From IMG/VR virus record IMGVR_UViG_3300033515_000012, positions 1-38,700 of that record: 38,700 nt of DNA. The stretch is one strand, 5' to 3'. This document shows positions 35,647 to 38,700 of the stretch, in pieces. Numbering within the stretch: the stretch's first letter is position 1; each line of letters opens with the position of its first letter. The notes under the pieces are model-generated. The model was given only the letters and a program-made list of their open reading frames with translations, was not told the origin of the DNA and made no database searches. The DNA is from a virus. Taxonomy: Duplodnaviria > Caudoviricetes. A program made the translations under genes and the position numbers.

Positions 35647-35652
35647 AATAAA

Positions 35653-36051
35653 ATGATACAATGTAATGAAATATCTCAAACTGTAAATGAACTTTTAATA
35701 GCTTTTGCAGATTGTAATAAAATAAAAAATGAAGATTTAATTAAGTTGGTAGAATTAGTATCAGCAGTTAATACTTGTGCAAACGGAGGTATTAATTATA
35801 ATACTGAAATAACAGTATTTTATGAACCATTGGTAGATGAAGTAATAACTTACCCTATTAATTCTTTACATAGTTATTCATTAATGATATTAGAGGGTAA
35901 TATTACAGAACAAGTAAACTCTCAATTAATAACATATCCTACAAGAACTGTTTTAAATACAGAATTTACAAATTTAAATCAAACACCAATTGTTTATACT
36001 GTATTAGCAGGAAGTAAAGTAGTTTTTAAATATTTAATAGAAACAGTGTAA
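35653..36051 (+). CDS. Hypothetical structural protein
   Basis: 132 aa ORF in tail operon. Confidence 0.7.
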   Translation: MIQCNEISQTVNELLIAFADCNKIKNEDLIKLVELVSAVNTCANGGINYNTEITVFYEPLVDEVITYPINSLHSYSLMILEGNITEQVNSQLITYPTRTVLNTEFTNLNQTPIVYTVLAGSKVVFKYLIETV

Positions 36052-37076
36052 TGGCAAAAATAAATAATATATTACCTCCGATTACAAATAATAGTGGTGG
36101 AGGAACATCCGTACACAATGATTTATTAGGTTTAAATGTTGGTAATTATATTCATTTAACAGCAACTGAAAAAAGTAAATTAGTAGGAATTGAAGCGGGT
36201 GCAGAAGTTAATGTAAATGCAGATTGGAACGCAACAAGTGGAGATGCTGAAATATTAAATAAACCAACTATTCCAAGTATAACAGGATTGGTTGCAAAGT
36301 CAGATTATACACCTGCACACTCTTTATTAGTTCAACAAAATGGAACAGGAAGTCCTACATCGGTTGCAATAGGTACTAATGAAATTTTAGGTAGGTTAAG
36401 CGGTGGAGGTTCAAATATAGAGGGTTTGTCAACAACGCAAGTTAAAACTTTATTAGATTTAAGCGGTACAAACACAGGAGACAACGCAACAAATACAACT
36501 TCAAACGCTTATGCAGATGCAAAAGTAACCGATGCAATAGTTGACGGAGTTACAACGGTTGCTCCAAGTCAAAATGCGGTTTTTGATGCTTTGGCTTTAA
36601 AACAAAATAATATACTTATAGTAAGTAAATCAATAGCATCAACAATAGTAACTGGTACAACTTCAGAGAGTATTTTAGAAACAATTTTTATTCCAGCAGG
36701 GACGTTACAAAGTGGGCTAGTTTTATATTTAAGAAATAGAATTATTAAACCAACTGGAGCATCGGGGTTTACAATTAGATACAGAATAAACTCATCAAAT
36801 ACATTGTTAGGGAGTTCAGTTTTAGGGTTTGCAACTTTACCAAATGGTAGCTGGCGTTCACAAGGAATGGAAAGAACAATAAATTTTAGACCCTCAAATA
36901 TAGTAGAAGTAATAGATAACACTTCAAGTCATGCTTACGAAAACTCAACAACTAATATTGCAAATGTTAATATAACGCATAATTATAGCAATGATACATG
37001 GATATTTATAACAGCACAATTAATTAATTCAGCCGATACAATAGCAAATTCAAATTATATATTACAACAAATTTAA
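36051..37076 (+). CDS. Tail fibre / receptor-binding protein
   Basis: KLVGIEAGAEVNVNADWNATSGDAEILNKPTIP, LSGTNTGD and DGVTTVAPSQNAVFDAL fibre-shaft motifs; distinct C-terminal domain. Confidence 0.78.
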   Translation: MAKINNILPPITNNSGGGTSVHNDLLGLNVGNYIHLTATEKSKLVGIEAGAEVNVNADWNATSGDAEILNKPTIPSITGLVAKSDYTPAHSLLVQQNGTGSPTSVAIGTNEILGRLSGGGSNIEGLSTTQVKTLLDLSGTNTGDNATNTTSNAYADAKVTDAIVDGVTTVAPSQNAVFDALALKQNNILIVSKSIASTIVTGTTSESILETIFIPAGTLQSGLVLYLRNRIIKPTGASGFTIRYRINSSNTLLGSSVLGFATLPNGSWRSQGMERTINFRPSNIVEVIDNTSSHAYENSTTNIANVNITHNYSNDTWIFITAQLINSADTIANSNYILQQI

Positions 37077-37078
37077 AT

Positions 37079-37426
37079 ATGAAATACTATCAAATATTAA
37101 ATATAAAAACTTTAGAGGTATTTGTTTCTCAAGACCTAGAAGAAGCTCCTATAAATTCAATTCCTTTTTTTGAGAATGATTTTATGAAGCCTATTTTTGA
37201 TAAATATCCAAATCCATTAGAAGTTGTTGAAGGAATTACAAAAGAAGAGATTGACGAGTTCAATGCTAAATTCAACAACGAATTAGATATTAAGTACACT
37301 AAATTAATTTCTGATTTAGTTGATAAGCACGTTCAAAAATTAGCAACAAGACAAATACCAATACCAAAAGAAATTTTAGAAGAGCAACAAAGATTAATAA
37401 ACGAATATAAACAATTGATAAAATAA
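37079..37426 (+). CDS. Hypothetical protein, possible tail fibre assembly chaperone
   Basis: 115 aa directly after fibre gene; function inferred from position. Confidence 0.55.
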   Translation: MKYYQILNIKTLEVFVSQDLEEAPINSIPFFENDFMKPIFDKYPNPLEVVEGITKEEIDEFNAKFNNELDIKYTKLISDLVDKHVQKLATRQIPIPKEILEEQQRLINEYKQLIK

Positions 37427-37441
37427 AAAATTTAATACAAT

Positions 37442-37897
37442 ATGAATGAAGAAATTCAAAATCATTTAATAAAACTAAAAACAGAAATTGGTATTTTGTT
37501 ATTTACATTTTTTTCTTTTTTAACTCCTATTTATGGTATGGTTTTACTGGTAGCATTTTCAGTATTTATTGATACTTGTGCTGGTATTTATGTAGCAAGA
37601 AAACACAATGATTATCAAAGTCATAAACTTTTTAATATAGTAGTTAAAACATTTTTTTATATGACTACAATATTATTAGCATTTTTAATTGATACTTATA
37701 TTTTTGATAAAAAATTAGCTAATATTGGTTATTTAAGTTCAAAAATAGTTACTATGTTTTGGATATACATTGAATGTAAAAGTATTGATGAAAAAAGTCA
37801 AAAATTAGGAAATAAACCATTTCACGAAATACTTACTACATTAATTAAAAGAATTAAATCTTGGAAAAAAGATATTAATGAAATTAAACAAGACTAA
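37442..37897 (+). CDS. Holin
   Basis: About 3 hydrophobic segments, IDTCAG, ECKSIDEK motif, charged C-terminus; TAATG-coupled to endolysin. Confidence 0.8.
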   Translation: MNEEIQNHLIKLKTEIGILLFTFFSFLTPIYGMVLLVAFSVFIDTCAGIYVARKHNDYQSHKLFNIVVKTFFYMTTILLAFLIDTYIFDKKLANIGYLSSKIVTMFWIYIECKSIDEKSQKLGNKPFHEILTTLIKRIKSWKKDINEIKQD

Positions 37898-38391
37898 TGA
37901 AAACAAATAATGAAGGAATTAATTTAATAAAACATTTTGAATCACTTCATGATGGAGATTTAACTTTAATAGGATTACAACCTAAAATGTGTCCTGCAGG
38001 TATTTGGACAGAAGGTTGGGGTCAAACAATCAGAGATTCAAAAGGAAATTTTGTTAAAGGTATTGATAATAAATCTTTAGCTTATAAATTAGCTAAAGTA
38101 AAAACAAAAGAAGAAGCTGATAAATTATTAAAACAATCTTTAGATTCATTTGAATCAATTGTTTTAAAAAACATTAAAACAACATTAACATCTAATCAAT
38201 TTAGTGCATTAGTATCTTATGTATATAATACAGGAGGTTCTTCAACATTATATAAATTGATTAATAATAAAGCTTCTGATAAAGTAATTAGAGATTGGTT
38301 TGAAACTAAATATATTACTGCAGATGGTAAAATATTACTTGGTTTAATACGTAGAAGAAAAGCAGAAGCAGATTTATACTTTAAAAAATAA
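37897..38391 (+). CDS. Endolysin, GH24 lysozyme
   Basis: GINLIKHFES, CPAGIWTEGWG, NQFSALVSYVYNTG, GLIRRRKAEADLY. Confidence 0.92.
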   Translation: MKTNNEGINLIKHFESLHDGDLTLIGLQPKMCPAGIWTEGWGQTIRDSKGNFVKGIDNKSLAYKLAKVKTKEEADKLLKQSLDSFESIVLKNIKTTLTSNQFSALVSYVYNTGGSSTLYKLINNKASDKVIRDWFETKYITADGKILLGLIRRRKAEADLYFKK

Positions 38392-38396
38392 CAAAT

Positions 38397-38700
38397 ATGA
38401 ATATAATTTTAGACAAAAGTTTAATAACAGATAGTAAACAACCTAAAGTTTTTGAACTTGGTCAAATTACTACAACATTACAAAATTTACTTGATAATAG
38501 TACAATTGTAATAAATGGTGAACAAACAATTATTTTATCAGTAATTGATGAAAATAATAATAACTTAAAATATTTATTACCTTTAGATTATAAAGGTGAA
38601 AGTTTTTATGGATTAGGTAAAAATATAGTAGAATCTAATTTGATTTCTTTAGGTAGTGTTGATTCAAGACCTTATAAAGTTTATACAGCTTTATTAACTC
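38397..38700 (+). CDS. Hypothetical, possibly structural, protein (truncated by window edge)
   Basis: Manual translation MNIILDKSLITDSKQPK...RPYKVYTALLT; open to window end. Confidence 0.7.
   Translation, partial: MNIILDKSLITDSKQPKVFELGQITTTLQNLLDNSTIVINGEQTIILSVIDENNNNLKYLLPLDYKGESFYGLGKNIVESNLISLGSVDSRPYKVYTALLT

Noticed and set aside
17667-36922. Minus-strand and nested ORFs in the right arm (e.g. 17667, 18899, 19208, 19766, 20851, 21324, 21768, 24050, 28633, 29539, 29767, 30474, 36569)
   Set aside because: Shadows of well-supported plus-strand genes with no motifs of their own
1-38700. Stop-codon reassignment as seen in some crAss-like phages
   Set aside because: PolB, TerL, portal and MCP are uninterrupted in code 11; TAG ends TerL and portal at natural gaps; no suppressor anticodon found

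Overview
Very AT-rich segment of a crAss-like (Crassvirales-type) phage, probably infecting Bacteroidota (Flavobacteriaceae-like). The host inference rests on TTTG-N20-TAnnTTTG promoters. The standard genetic code fits all long genes. Two divergent arms meet at about 16.85-17.5 kb. The minus-strand arm (1-16836) carries small early and membrane genes, a family B DNA polymerase, a DRB0094/Rnl2-type RNA ligase, an AEP-like protein and several non-coding islands. These islands contain tRNA-Glu, a degenerate tRNA-Trp, an anticodon-less tRNA mimic, a complete tmRNA with an unusually long (~40 aa) tag, a ~425-nt multi-helix RNA, and a hairpin RNA complementary to the shared start-codon leader of many early genes. 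The plus-strand arm (17530-38700) is the virion module: IHF-like, GroES-like, putative TerS, GroEL, TerL, portal, scaffold, major capsid protein, ring and auxiliary capsid proteins, tail fibres, holin and GH24 endolysin. All calls come from motif reading and manual base-pairing; no database search or folding program was run.
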